Shown: positions 28,851-50,330 of the stretch, one piece after another
Numbering within the stretch: the first letter of the stretch is position 1
Layout: every line of letters starts with the position of its first letter
Origin: the human T2T-CHM13v2.0 reference genome, Homo sapiens
Reading direction: 5' to 3' (one strand)
Assembly (NCBI RefSeq): GCF_009914755.1
Contig: NC_060936.1
Length of the DNA: 64,000 nucleotides
The notes under the pieces: generated by a model
The model's database searches: none
Told to the model about the DNA's origin: nothing
What the model saw: only the letters and a program-made list of their open reading frames with translations
Program-made: the position numbers and the translations under genes

Positions 28851-29241
<391 letters not shown>

Positions 29242-29807
29242 CTGAGACATGAGAGCAGAAGAGAAGGATGTGAGAGGTAACACAGGGCAGCCAAGGTCCA
29301 CAGCTGTTCTGCTTCTGCCTACAGCATCTAGCCAAGCCCTGGAGAACATTGTCACCAAGCTTGTTCACGTTGTCATAGAGAGCCATTCATCTTTTTTTTT
29401 TTTTGGAGACAAGATCTCGCTCTGTCACCTAGGTTAGAGTGCAGTGGTGTGATCATAGCTCACTGCAGCCTCAAACTGCTGGGCTCAAGCAATCCTCCCA
29501 CCTCAGCCTCCCAAAGCATTAGAATTACAAGCTTGAGCCACTGCACACGCCCCATTCACCTTTCATGCCTCTCAGGATGAACAGTGATCCATTTGTTTTC
29601 TCTTCCTATTGTTCCATGCAACCCAAAACTAAGAAAACAAGGTCAAACTGCAGCCAAAAAAAGGTGGGGTCAGAAACACCATTCCAGGCTGGGCGCAGTA
29701 GCTTACATCTGTAATCCCAGCACTTTGGGAGGCTGAGGCAGGTGGATCACCTGAGGTCAGGAGTTCGAGACCAGTGTAGCCAACATGGTGAAACCCCGTC
29801 TCTACTA

Positions 29808-30041
<234 letters not shown>

Positions 30042-31621
30042 TTATCACAGGAAAAAAAAATACAGGAAAAATACAACAACTATTAACAGTGGTGGTCAGC
30101 AGCAATGGTTTTGGTTTCCTTCTTTTTGCTAGCTTCTAAGTTTCTAGTTTGAACCTATATTACCTATGCAGTCATCATCATGATCATCATTATTGTCATC
30201 TTAATTACCTGCTTCCTGATTATTTTTAGTTGTTTTTAGGCCAATCCTAATGTCATCAAAAAACCAGGCACACCTATTCAAAATGTGTGGCCGGGAATCA
30301 TAAAGAAGCAATGATTTCTGAGAATTTTCCTGAAGCTAACAGTTCAAATTCTAGTGAGCATTATCATCATCACTGAATATTTCTTGGTCACCTACTAAGT
30401 ATGGGAAAACTTTGAGGAAGCACGATATAGTGAAATGCTAGGAAAAAAAATCAAACTTCAGTTCTGGCCTCAACTTTGTAACTGAGGATTTTCTGCCAGC
30501 CTCAGTTGTCTTACCTGAAAATTGGGAATAACTGTCTCTGCTTTTCAGAACTGTGGTGAAAGGTGCTTGTAAAACAGCCAGTTCAGTCCCTTACAGGGTG
30601 GGCACCCAATGAACACACCAACTAAACTAACACCACCCTGCCCAGAATGGAACAGTTTCTCTAACAGGTAATGACCCTTATATATTATTCACCCTTCATT
30701 TCACTTTTTTTTTTTTTTTTTTTTTTGAGATGGAGTCTTGCTCTGTTGCCCAGGCTGGAATGCGGTAGTGCAATCTCGGTTCACTGCAACTTCCACCTCC
30801 CACGTTTATGCAATTCTCCTGCCTCTGCCTCCCACGTAGCTGAGATAACAAGCACCCGCCACCATGCCCGGCTAATTTTTGTATTTTTAGTAGAGACAGG
30901 GTTTCACCATGTTGGCCAGGCTGGTCTCAAACTCCTGACCTCAAGTGATCCACCCTCCTCGGCCTCCCAAAGTGCTGGGATTATAGGCCTGAGCCAACAT
31001 GCCCAGCCTCATTTCATTTTTGAGACTAATCATGAAAGCACCAGAAATATATCAGGCTTAGGAGGAGTGGGACACTCCGAGGTAGGGACATCAGACAGCA
31101 TTCTCCAGAAGCCAGGCAGATTTAAGGATCTAACACACATCTCGTCCATATTGCAGTCATCATCACAGCTCACTCTGCTCCGAAAAGAAGGAGCTCCCTA
31201 ATTACATATCAAAATACTGCTAGCACTGGTTATTGCAGAAGGTTATATTAATAGACACCTCTAGAATTTGAGAAAGATTCTGATAAGTGCTACCTGGGAC
31301 TGCTAGGATCTTAGAAAGAGCCCCCCCTTTTTTTTTTCCACTGGTTTTTCCTATCAGTCAACTTTCTGTTCTAACAAAAGGCTGAACTCACTGGGCTGGA
31401 TGGGGAGGCAGTTCGCAAATGTGAGAAGAAAAGCAGGAGGGAAACCGCAGCTACTAGTGGCCCTGGGGAATCCTCCACAAAGGAAGGATCTCGCTGACGA
31501 CAGAGGTCACCCCAGGCTAAAGGCCCGCAGGGTAGAAGGAACCCAGTACAGGCTGTGTCCCAGGACAGTGCACTTTCCACACTGGCTCGCTGAGAGAGCA
31601 GGACTGGCTTTCCCACGTTCA

Positions 31622-31813
<192 letters not shown>

Positions 31814-32174
31814 TCAGGCTCAGCGCCATTGATGATTCAGACCAGATCATTCTGTGTGGTGGGGGGAGGGCTGTCCTGGGCATCGCAGGATATGAGCAGT
31901 ATCCCTGGCCTTGACCCACTAGATGCCTGCAGCACTTCAATGTGTGACAATCAAAAATGTCTCCAGCCATTACCAAATGTCCCCTGGTAAGGCAGAATTA
32001 CCCCTGGTCGAGAACCAAGGCTTTACCTGGGATCCAGAGAAGGCCTCAGGGAGGCACCTGACACCACACACCTTTCCCACACATGTGCCTTCTGCTGGAG
32101 ACAGAATCTTTTGACAAACTTCCCTTGTGAGGAGGGAGAAGACAGAATGAGGGAAGGGAGAGGAAAGGTGGTAG

Positions 32175-32538
<364 letters not shown>

Positions 32539-33043
32539 TAAGAACTCATACACGTGCAGAGTTCTACATCAAAACGCTCTTTTTCTAGAACAGCTGAAAC
32601 CCTTTTAACGTCTCCTGCTACAACCAGATGTTTATCATTCACCAAATGAGGCTTACTGCTCAAATTAGTCCTGGCACGAAGGTCAGCAGCTGGTACAGTG
32701 GGAGAATGAAGATGGGCCGGGATAAGGGAGGAACACACAAGAAAAGGGAAATTGTTAGCAATGTTCTATTTCTTGGACTGGGTAGTGAGTGTGTGGATGC
32801 TTACGACATTATTAGGCTTTATGATTTACATATATGTTCCATACATTTTTTGAACAGTTCAGATATTAGAATGAAAATAATTTCTAATTTAAAAAACTAA
32901 TTTTTATTAGCTGGGCATGGTGGGCATGCCTGTAATCCCAGTTACTCAGGAGGCTGAGGCAGAAGAATCACTTGAACCTGGGAGGCAGAGGCTGCAGTGA
33001 GCCAAGATCACACCACTGCATTCCAGCCTGGGTGACAGAGTGA

Positions 33044-33481
<438 letters not shown>

Positions 33482-33559
33482 TCAGGGGGTCTATAAACAC
33501 CTGATTCAGACTTAATTAAAGTTATACATGTACATGTATATATACCCGCAAACACTCTT

Positions 33560-34250
33560 TTTTATTATTTTCTACTTTAACTTTTAAGTTCACAGGCACA
33601 TGTGCAGGTTTGTTGTATCAATAAACTCATGTCATGGGGGTTTGTTGTACAGGTTATTTCATCACCTGCGTATTAAGCCTAGTATCCATTAGTTATTTTT
33701 CCCGATCCCCTCCCTCCTCCCACCCTCCACCCTCTGACGGGCCCCAGTGTGTGTGTTCCCCTCTATGTGTCCATGTGTTCTCATCATTCAGCTCCCACTT
33801 ATAAGTGAAAACATGTGGTATTTGTTTTTCTGTTCCTGCATTAGTTTGCTTAGGATAATGGCCTACAGCTCCATCCATGTTCCTGCAAAGGACATGATCT
33901 CATTCTTTTTTAGAGCTGCATAATATTCCATGGTGTATATGTACCACATTTTCTTTATCCAGTCTACCATTGATGGGCATTTAGGTGGATTCCATGTCTT
34001 TGCTATTATGAGTAGGCTGCAATGAACATACACATGCATGTGACTTTATAATAGAATGATTTATATTCCTTTGGGTATATACCCAGTAATGGGATTGCTG
34101 GGTTGAATGGTATTTCCATTTTTAGGTCTTTGAGGATCCCCACACTGTCTTCCACAATGGTTGAACTAATTTATACTCCCACCAACAGTGTATAAGTGTT
34201 CCTTTTTCTCCACGACCTCACCAGCATCTGTTATTTTTTGACTTTTTGAC
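33560..34250 (-). mobile_element. L1 (L1PA/PB-like) 3' end
   Basis: cacatgtgcaggtttgtt...ctcccacttataagtga...atatacccagtaatgggattgctggg. Confidence 0.85.
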
Positions 34251-34657
34251 TAAAGAAGCAAACAAAGGTATTTTATGTGCCACTTTTCAATATGCCAGAA
34301 GCTACAAATGAATTAACTTGAGTTCTCATGAACTTTGTTATGTAAATGTCATAAATTCGAATTTTTAAATTTCTAGTAATGAAACATACTTTCATCTAGT
34401 TCAGACATGGAGATCCACATTAGATTTTTTTTAAGGTTCATCTCTCTCTCACAGACACAGCAGACATACACACGCACATGCAAACACACTTATTTTTAAA
34501 TTATGGATCATCCTTCTAGTTTTGTTAATTTTATTCCCATTTTGCTCTCAGACATTTATTTTAGATTCAAAACCTGTACAAATTTCATGGCTACACAAAT
34601 TATTTCACGTGCCTAAAGGAGGCAACAGAAATTTAACCTAGTTTGAGGATGTACAAT

Positions 34658-35667
<1,010 letters not shown>

Positions 35668-37043
35668 CTAGTTCTAGTCACAAGTAAAAGTCACAAGAGG
35701 CCACACAGATGATCTGAGTTTTCCACAAATCCATATAAACACATTTTAGGTCCATGATTTATTTATTTTTTTTTTTTAAATTTTTGAGACAGAGTCTTGC
35801 TCTGTTGCCCACACTGGAGTGCAATGGTACAATCTCGGCTCACTAAAACCTCTGCCTCCTGGGTTCAAGCAATTCTCCTGCCTCAGCCTCCTGAGTAGCT
35901 GGGATTACAGGTGCATGCTACCACGCCTGGCTAATTTTTTTTTGTATTTTTAGTAGAGATGGGGTTTCGCCATGTTGGTCAGGCTGGTCTCAAACTCCTG
36001 ACCTTGTGATCTGCCCGCCTCAGCCTCCCAAAGTGCTGAGATTACAGGCGTGAGCCACCACGCCCGGCCCAAGTCCATGATTTAAATCTAAGACAATAAC
36101 ATTTGGCCTTTTAGTCAAGATTCTGAGGAGGGTGGAATTCTGCAGACATAAAATTGGAGAATGTGAACTGTACTTTCAAACATGCTCCCCAGCAAAGTAA
36201 AGAACGAATGTGTGAGGGAGGAATGAGGAGGCATTCTATGAAAAAACAGACTTGGACTATCCAAATATGTGGATGTCAGGAGAGACAAAAGGCTGAGGAA
36301 CCGTTCAGATTAAAGGAGACTAGAGAGACATGATTAAATGCAATGCAAATTCTGGGACATTATAGAAGCCACAGGTAAAATCCAATTATGGGCAGCATAG
36401 CGGATACTTGTATTATAGTAAGGGTAAATTTCCTAAATGCAGAAATTATAGTATGTGAAACTATTCTATATGATACTCTATGTGTGGATACATGTCATTA
36501 TATGTTTTTCAAAACCCATAGAATGTATACCACCAAGAAAGAACTCTATAATGTAAACTGTAGACTTGGGGTGACAATGATGTGTCACTGTCAATGTGTC
36601 AATGTAGGTTCACTGACTCTAACGAACGTATCACTCTGGTGGGGGATGTTGGTAGTGGGGGAGGCTATGCATATATGAGAACGGGGGTATATGGGAACTC
36701 TCTGTACCTTTCAATTTTGCTGTGAATCTAAAACTGCTCTAAAGAATAAAATAAGGAAGAGAGGAAGAGACGGAGGAAAAAGAGCTGAGATTAAGAAAGG
36801 CCAGTTCTTGTCCATAGTATGTCAGTCCCCGGATCCAGCCATGCCTGAAACAAGACCTAACTGTTGTTGTTTTGAACACTGAATCGATATATTACTCTTT
36901 TCCCCTTTAAAAATAATGTCACTAACACAGACAGAGAGAAATAAACTGTACCCTGGTTATGTGACAGAATGTCTTCAATCCTTAGGTTGATATACTGAAG
37001 AACTTGGCGTCATACCTGCAACTAACTCTCAAATGGTTCAGGA

Positions 37044-37066
37044 AAGAGAGAGAGAGAGAGAGAGAG

Positions 37067-37110
<44 letters not shown>
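37044..37110 (+). repeat. Compound (GA)n(GT)n microsatellite
   Basis: Directly visible in the sequence. Confidence 0.97.
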
Positions 37111-37113
<3 letters not shown>

Positions 37114-37273
37114 AGAAGACAGAGAAAAAAATTATGACAAAATATTAGCAAATGGTGACTTGAGAGAGATCACAGAGTTAACAGAGCAAGCAAGCTCTCA
37201 GAAGGTCAGGGCCCACGGTGGTTTCGTTGCAATCAGGACAAAGGGTTTGGCTTTAGATAGTCTTCGAGGCTTA

Positions 37274-37699
<426 letters not shown>

Positions 37700-37702
37700 T
37701 CA

Positions 37703-37993
<291 letters not shown>

Positions 37994-39406
37994 TTATTCC
38001 TGGAAATGCTCAGAAACGCACATATGCTCTTAGCTCAGCCCGTATTTTGATCTGAGCTCCAAATGCAAAATGCGAGTGCTATTGGTATCTCTGGGGCAGC
38101 TGTTAATTAGCATCTGAGTTATAATTTGGCTGGGATGCAGAAATAAGGGAGGGTAGTAGACATGGAAAGCTATTCTGTAATAAGAAATAAGCTGAAGCTA
38201 AGGAGATTTCACCTGCGCAGGGTTAATAAGACACATGAAAGACTCCTTCCCCCATAAGGCTGCAGCAGAAGTGCAAAGGCGCCGTGTTAGCAGCGAGCCA
38301 GCACGCCTCTGCATCTCTTTACCTGAACCCAGGCAGGCAGAAGCTCGTAAGAAACACAGTCGCGGGCCTATTGTACACATATTAACAAGGATTTCAGTAA
38401 AAGCTCACGTGTGAAACGACCAACAAGTCATCCAAACAGGTCTAACCACTGAGTAAAGCCCTTTTCAGGAGGCTTGTGGTTAAGAATCTGCCAATTGCTA
38501 ACACATAAAGTGTTTATTAGGAGTGAAGAGTCTGAAAAGAGCTGTTTGGTCTTCGCTGGAGCAAACGTCAATGAGCAATGAGCACTGTTTGTATCCTGGA
38601 ACATTTTAGGTGGGGTGATGCCAATCACAGCACACCTACGTTTCTAACAGCTTAAGGATAAGTAGGACTCCAAACCTGCCTACGGAAGAGCAAATACTGC
38701 AAAAACAACTGAGATGCTTATGAAAAGCCTTCCTGGAGGGGACACAGCTGCCGGCAGCCTATTGTGCTGCTTCGTGGCCAAAGTGCTTCTAACTCAAGCC
38801 TTCAAACCAGACAAACTCATTTGAGTAAACAGGAGAGAGGATTTCCTTATAAGTACATTTGCTGCTGCATCACCACAACCAAGGTCTACAATGCCACCAG
38901 AGTAGGCTACTGATGCCGATTCCCCCATTCTTTTTCCTTTGCTTTTACAGTCCATGCCTCGCTCTGTTGCCCAGGCTGGAGTACAGTGGCACAATCGTAG
39001 CTCACTGCAGCCTCAAACTCCTGGGCAATCCGCCGGCCTCAGCCTCCCTACTAGCTGGAACTACAGGTGCATGTCACCACACCTGGCTAACTTTCTTTCT
39101 TTCTCTTTTTTTAAGAGATGGGATCTTGCTATCTTGCCCAGTCTGGTTTCAAACTCCTGGGCTCAAGTGATCCTCCTGCCTTGGCCTCCTGGGTCACTGG
39201 GACCACAGGCATGAGCCACCGCATCCCTGATTCCCACATTCTAAATGGATCATGATGCCACACAAGCTACCTTGGTGCTTGTGCCTTCATCACCACCAGA
39301 CTCCTGGCCATGACACAGTCTAGAGCCATCAGCCCTCAGAGAGAGAGCCTGAGGGGAATCAAAATGGCCAATGGGATTCTCGTCGTTAACACCAGTTACC
39401 AAGTCA

Positions 39407-39631
<225 letters not shown>

Positions 39632-39634
39632 TCA

Positions 39635-40210
<576 letters not shown>

Positions 40211-40288
40211 TTAGTTGACTGAGGCAGAAGTTCTCGGAAGGTGTATTAGCAGGTGGAATCTTCAGGGCAGCGCCCTGCGGGTTCTTCA

Positions 40289-40654
<366 letters not shown>

Positions 40655-40674
40655 CTAGAAAAGACACTTCCCTA

Positions 40675-40998
<324 letters not shown>

Positions 40999-41470
40999 CT
41001 GGGCTTCTCTACCCCAGCCGGGCCCAGAGAGTCTGGCCCTGGCTTGCAGGTAGTCTCCTGAGCTTCCCCTGGTGCCAGGCCCCTGCAGAAAGGGAAAACA
41101 AAAGTGCCAAGTGCTCTTGACCCAGTTTTCCAGGCTTCAATCCAGACCGCCCACAAACAGGTGTGTAAAGAACACGTTTGCATGTTTCAGTTGGAGTCAG
41201 CGGAAAGGTAGGGAGAGACCAGCCTGACAAAAAGGGGCTGGAAATTAGCAAAGCCTAAGGCACTCTGAGCAGCAGGCTGGAGTCATGAGCTGCAGACATA
41301 TATAAACTCACAGCTTCAACAGGGGAAAAATAGCATCCTCCTACTGAAGTAAGAAGCTCGAAAATGAATGCACTATATGATGAGTTAGAAAAAAATCACC
41401 TCCACCTGATAGACTTTTTAAGCTGGAGATGCACAGGTGCCCAGCACAGATGCACAACTACTGATCTTAC

Positions 41471-41608
41471 CGAGACATTTGGATGCCTGGCGTCCAAAGT
41501 GCACGGTATCCAGACACACAGCACACTTTGTGGCTCGCATGTTCAGTCCTACGTTGAATCGGTGAGGAATATTGTGGTGCATGCGTTCCTTAAGACGCCG
41601 ACTAAATT
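41471..41608 (-). CDS. CIT: CIT exon (C1 first half), [46 protein letters not shown]
   Basis: ccag| acceptor, G|gtaaga donor; HxF...CxxC C1 pattern. Confidence 0.96.
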
Positions 41609-41639
41609 CTGGAGGAAAATGTTTTAAAAAATCATTAGA

Positions 41640-43000
41640 GTACTGCAAATGATCCCATCAGGAAAGTGAAAAGACAACCCACAGAAAGGGAAAAAATACT
41701 TGCAAATCAAATCTCTGATAAGGGACTCATATCTAGAATACATAAAGAACTCTTACAACTCAATAATAAAAGGACAACCCAATTTTAAAATGGGCCAAGA
41801 ATTTAAATAGACACCTCCCCGAAGAGGATAAATGGCCAACGAGCAAATGAAAAGATGCTCAACATTATCAGTCGTTAGAGAGATGTGAATCAAAACCCCA
41901 AGCAGACACCACTTCACAACCACTAGGATGTCTACAGTCTAAAAAAAGGAAGATAAGTGTTGATGAGGATGTGGAGAAACTGGAACCCTCACACATTCCT
42001 GGTGAGAATGTAAAAATGGTGCAGCCACTTTGGAACTCAGTCTGGTAGTTCTGTAAAAGGTTAAACATAGTTACCCCAGAACCCAGCAATTCCGCTCCTG
42101 GCTATATATCCAAGGGGACTGAAAACATATGTACCCACAAAAATCTGTACATAAATGTTCACAGCAGCATAATTTATGACAACTACAAAGTGAAAACAAC
42201 ACAAATGTCCACCAATGGTGATATGGTTTGGCTGTGTCCCCACCCAAATCTCATCTTGAATTGCAGCTGCCATAATTCCCATGTGTTGGGAGGGACTTGG
42301 TGGGAGATAACTGAATCATGCGGGTGGTTTCCCCCATACTGTTCTTGTGGTAGTGAATAAGATCTGATAGTTTTATAAGGGGAAACCCCTCTCGCTTGGT
42401 TCTTATTCTCTTTTGTCACCGCCACATGAGACATGCCTTTTGCCTTCCACCATGATTGTGAGGCCTCCCCAGCCACATGGAACTGTGAGTCTATTACACC
42501 TCTTTTTCTTTATAAATTACCCAGTCTTGGGCATGTCTTTATCAGCAGTGTGAAAATGGACTAATGAAAATGGATTAATGGATAATCAGATGTGCCATCT
42601 ACACAATGGAGTATTATTCAGCCATGAAAGGAATGAAGTTCTGATACATGCTACAACATGGGTGAACCTTGAAAACATTACATTCCATGAAAGAAGCCAG
42701 ACACAAAGGCCGCATGCAGTATGATTCATCTTTATGAAATGTCTAAGAGAGCAGATCGACAGAGACAGAAAGTAGATTGGTGGTTGCTAAGAAGAACATT
42801 AGTGGAAGGAGAATGGCGGGGGACTGATAATGTGTATGGAGTATTTTTTGGGTGGGGGGGTGTCAAAATTGTTCAAAAATTAGAATGTGATGAGGGTTAC
42901 ACAACCCTGTAAACTTACTGAAAAAGACTGAATTGTACATTTTTAATGAGCGAACTGTACGGTATGCAAATTACATCTGAATGAAACTGTTAAAACCATT
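41640..43000 (+). mobile_element. Old L1 (L1MB-like) ORF2/3' fragment interrupted by a THE1 LTR (~42219-42566)
   Basis: L1 3' text (ctgataagggact...ctcttacaactcaataataaaa); THE1 tgatatggtttggctgtgtccccacccaaatctcatcttgaattg...gtgaaaatggactaat. Confidence 0.85.
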
Positions 43001-43326
43001 AGAACAGGTTAGTTACAGATTTTGAAAGTATTAACACTAACAGATGCATCTAGATTTATAAGACTCAACTTAAAATCTCCATTATCCAGTGATTAGGAAT
43101 CAGGCTTTAAGAACATGTTACTGGTAGGAGATTGACTGACTATACGGTAGGCTCTCCTTACAACATCACCCCCCTTCCTTTCTTGGAAAGGTGCAAGGAA
43201 TAAATAACAGGAATGCACTTTGAAACTGTGTGGTGCAGTATACACAAAGGAGCAATATACTGTAGTACTATCACTATTCAGGGACATTTCAGTGGACACC
43301 ACAGCCAGAAGCAATGCTTTCCTCTA

Positions 43327-43542
<216 letters not shown>

Positions 43543-43545
43543 TCA

Positions 43546-43650
<105 letters not shown>

Positions 43651-43652
43651 TC

Positions 43653-43685
<33 letters not shown>

Positions 43686-44337
43686 GCTCTTTGATTCAAG
43701 GAGTTATATAAACATAGGAGGAAGAAAATGACTTCAGGCTAAAGAAAAACAACAGCAACAAGAAAACACCATCTGGTTTACAACCAAAACAGGTTTGATT
43801 GCAATGCCATGATTGCTAAACCACAGCTCTACCCTAGTGTTCCTAAGACATTCCAAACAGCTTCCTTGGCCTTTTCTTAAGTCCTTTTAATCTCTAGGTA
43901 AATGGAGTACATTTGAGACCAGCAAGAAAACTCCTCACACTGTTGGTAGAAATAAACATTGGCACAAACTACCAGCACTCAAAATGTACATGACCTTTAA
44001 CCCAGTGATTCATTTCCCAGGAATTTCTCCAGGCACAACACCCACAGAGGCACAGGATGTCCTCTGCAAGGTGTTTACAGTAACAGGGGATTGGAAACAA
44101 CCTAAATGGCCATCAACAGGAGCCTGGCTTAACAGGTGAATTGCATGCTCACACCACGGAATACTGTGTGGTTCTCTGAAAGAATGGGGTAGGTCCTTAT
44201 GTACTAATGTGAAACCTCTAAGATAGCACTTTAATGAAACGAAGGTGTCTTGCAGTGTATACTGTAGTGTGCTATGATATTTATAAGAGAAAAAAGGCCT
44301 GAAAGATAAGCTTACGTTTTCTTGTTTTTGTTTTTGA

Positions 44338-44496
<159 letters not shown>

Positions 44497-44601
44497 TAGT
44501 AGAGACAGGGTTTCTCCATGTTGGTCAGGCTAGTCTCAAACTCCCAACCTCAGGTGATCCGCCCACCTCAGCCTCCCAAAGTGCTGGGATTACAGGCGTG
44601 A

Positions 44602-45027
<426 letters not shown>

Positions 45028-45094
45028 TGATATAGACATGTGGTCACATATATGAACCAACACTGAGGATGGGGAGCCAGGAGACTGACTTCTT

Positions 45095-45136
<42 letters not shown>

Positions 45137-45492
45137 AGATGGAGTTTCCCTCTTGTTGCCCAGGCTGGAGTGCAATGGCGCAATCTTGGCTACCGCAACC
45201 TCTGCCTCCCGGATTCAAGCAATTCTCCTGCCTCAGCCTCCCGAGTAGCTAGGATTACAGGCATACACTACCATGCCCAGCTAATTTTGCATTTTTAGTA
45301 GAGACGGGGTTTCTCCATGTTGGTCAGGCTGGTCTTGAGCTCCCAACTTCAGGTGATCCGCCCACCTCGGCCTCCCAAAGTGCTGGGGTTACAGGTGTGA
45401 GCCACCGTGCCTGGCCAAGACTGACTTTTTAATCTTTAACCCCTAGTATTACTTGTAATTTTTACCATATGCCCACATGTCTTAGTCGACTA

Positions 45493-45729
<237 letters not shown>

Positions 45730-45898
45730 CTAGAGGACCAAACTAAGCCGAATGTCCCTGGGCTATCTTTCAAGGACCCAAGACCAAAAGAATATGCGTC
45801 ACATCAACTTGGCAATGCACAGGGGCCATACGTTTTTCAGACATGGGATGTCTGGTCTGAAAGCGTATGGGCCATAAACAAAGACACTGAGCTAGTTA

Positions 45899-46138
<240 letters not shown>

Positions 46139-47739
46139 CTAGCAATGGAAACAGAGATATCTCCTAACTCCTGGAAACTGGCACTTGAAACTAGCTAAAG
46201 GAAATCTGACTCGGGAGGAGCAAACCACAAAAGCCAGGAGCATACTCACTGTAAGTGTATTTAGTAAAAATGGCATGTGAAGGGGGGGAAGGGTAGGCTG
46301 AGCCACAGCCCGTTCCAGCCGGCTGAAAAAAATAGGGGTGCGGAAGTTTTCACCAAGAGGATTAAAGATGCTTGAATGGCCACCACCTCTTCCTCTAGCA
46401 TTGCCAAGACAGGAGAGTCATGTCCTGAGTCTTTCCCATTCAAAAAATGGAATCAGGAGAGTATGGAGTATGGAGTCAGGAGAGATGGTTCAGAGGTCAC
46501 TCTTGCCTTGGAATATGTCTCATGATGCTCAGTTACAAGACACAGAGATGAGTGTTTTGTAAAAGGAAGCAAAATTTTAAAAGGAATGCTAAAATGAGGT
46601 CAAAACAAGGGGCTTACTCAAAAAAAAATGCAAATGAAAATATTTACTATACATGGAAAAAAAAGGAAAACAGAATAATGCAACTTAAAAAAAAGGTAAC
46701 TAAAAAAAATAACAAATGGAAACACCCTAACTAAATCAAGTGACATAACCAGGTAACAGTTCACTGCTAAAATAAAAAAGATTAAATATCATAAGCATAA
46801 CAACCATATACAGTCAAGCAGCATGCAAGAAAATCCTTCCCGTGCAGCCAACGTCTAGTGGGAGGCGGCCTCTGAATGTTGTGCTCATGCCCTTACAGCG
46901 AAGATGGCACCGGAAATATTGAGACAACTGTCAACTTCAGCCCTCCACTCCTTCCTCCTAGGTATTCCAAGTCATCAAGGCCTCTCCTGCAAAACCACTG
47001 CCACTGCTGCTATGGTATGCTTCTGCATTTGAAAGGAAACTGCAAGCTTCTTCAAGACTTTTCTGGAACTGAGAACACCTGGCCAAACCTAGTATGAAGG
47101 CTTTAGTGGTTTGGGAAAGCATGTATAGATCAGGCTTATGAAAAACAATCTTCTCATGTGCACTATGTATAACCCTGCCCCTAGTTTGTAATTTGTCTCC
47201 TGCAATCTAAAAGGGTTGTTCAGTACTTGGCAGAGGGGAGAAGTGTCCAGTCAGACACTTCAGGCAGGTCACCCCAGCTCCCTGAGTTCTAGTCTCTTTG
47301 TGAGCCGATCAAAAGGACTGGACTAGATCACTGTTAAAGTCCTTTCTGGAGTGTGGTACGAGAGACCTGAACTGCTGAAGCCCCATACTTGTGACTTGCT
47401 AACTCCCTCTAGAGTCATGTATGCATGACTTGGTATAAATCTTTCTCTCTGCATACATCCCTCTGCCCCAACTGCTATGTGTGTGGGCTGGGGAGGGATT
47501 ACTTCTTTAACAAAGATACTATGATTTGAATGGTCATAAACAAAAAGTAGTTTGTTAGACTTGATCACTGATATCTTTCAGTAAGACCTATTATAATTAT
47601 CTCAAAATCTATTTTTCAACCCAAAATAAAACAACAAAAAAAGTATACTTTGTTTTCTTCTATGTTCCTATGATTATATATCACAGTGGTGTCCACTGAG
47701 CCATGAATGATGAGTGAAACTGACAATTCCCACTTTTCA

Positions 47740-47862
<123 letters not shown>

Positions 47863-48127
47863 CTAAAATTCAAGAAAACAAACTAACCTCAAATCCAGAC
47901 AGAAGTATACTTTTAAAGTTGGTACTTTAAGAAACTAAAAAGTGAAGTTGTTAGGACACTAATATATGAAAATCCAACACAAACAGTACTGAGTCAGTAT
48001 TTATTTAGTCCAATTTTACTGCAAAAGAGAAAAAAGATATATTTATAGATAAATATGTGAAAAAGTAAAAATAGCAACAGGTTCCTTGTAGGTCATGGTC
48101 ACTATAGAAATCTTCCAACTTCTCTGA

Positions 48128-48726
<599 letters not shown>

Positions 48727-50165
48727 CTAGTGGGGAGAAGGGCCAGGGAAATGCTTGATACTGCACACAATACAATTTGTTCCCCTGCTGTTCCTATTTC
48801 AAACTAATTTCAGGCATGGCACCAGAAGTACAGCTTTTGAAATCATCTCAATTCAGAATTACCAATTGTCATCTATTCCAAAAGGATGCAAGCACAGTTA
48901 AAATGAATTTGCACAGAAACCTCTGCTGGCCAACAAGTCCGAGGATCCCTACCGTCACAGGAAGTCCAGGCTGCAGGGATGGCCTTCCCAGACAGAGTTC
49001 CAATTGAGGATATTTTGGTACATTAAGGTGAGGATATTTTGGATGGCATGAGCCATCTGAGTTGACATCTAAGGCAGTTCGACTCAGTGCCATGACAACT
49101 AAGTTCCAATGTCTTTATTTTCTGTTTTCAAGATCTTAATTGTTGCTATGAGAAATTACTCCATGCAGGCAGTGTGGGATACACAAAGAGAAATCATATC
49201 ATCCCTTACTTAATAAAGGTCCCATTAGGGTAAGAGACCCCAACAAGTACATGAATAACCACAATCATGAGACATATTTCTACAACGTTGGGGGAAAAGA
49301 AGAAGATCCCAGTTATAGTACAGAGTGTTGGTAAAACCCAGAAAAGAAATTCAATTAAGTATATTGAAAATAGTTTTGTGCTGCAAATCTCGGTCCAATT
49401 TTTATAATGGAAGTTAACCAGAAAATAGGACAGGCTATAAAGACGCTGGTTTTGTGGTTCTTTTTCCTAAAATGCATCCGTTTCTAAAAAAGCAGGAGAG
49501 AGCAGGCATCCTGATGAGACAGTGCTTGATTTTATCCAAACCCTGGATTATAGCTTAACTACACTTAGTGTGGCCCAAATAATCTCTTCCCTGATAGCCT
49601 GGGTCCTCTGCAGACTTAGGGACAGAGAGCTACTCAAAGCAATAAACATCATCACTGGAGATTCCAAAAGGCCTATGGCAGCCCCCAAACTCCTCCATCC
49701 CAGCAGGCCCAGAGCCACTGATAATCTCAGCATTTCCTGGCCCTCTCTGTCTCTTTGCTTCTCTCTACCTCTGTTTTTCTTTCCATTTATATTCCTCACC
49801 TGCCCTTCCTCTTAACATGTAGCTGATTCCCTAAGGCATCGTGTTGCAGTAGAAAGACCTGGATGCTGGATTCTTACAGACCCTGGTTTAAATCCTGACT
49901 TTTACACTTATCATATCACTGATACCTGTTAAAATCTGTATTTATCACCTCTCAGAGCCTCAGTTTCTTCATCTGAAAGTGGGTATACTAGCTTGCCTCA
50001 TTGGATGACATATTGAACAAAGTGCCCAGTATACAGTAGGTGCTTATTGAATGTTTATCCTCTCCATCTCCTTTGTCCTTCTTTCTTCCCTCCATTCAGT
50101 TAAGGTGCTCCCTCTCATCCTCCCGTCTGCCTTTCCCTAACAGTACTGCCACAAAGGAAGAGCTA

Positions 50166-50330
<165 letters not shown>

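Noticed and set aside
30671-31201. 176-aa ORF and many similar ones (e.g. 5041, 16578, 27573, 44647, 48128)
   Set aside because: Typical Alu translations ([11 protein letters not shown]..., FHHVGQAGL...)
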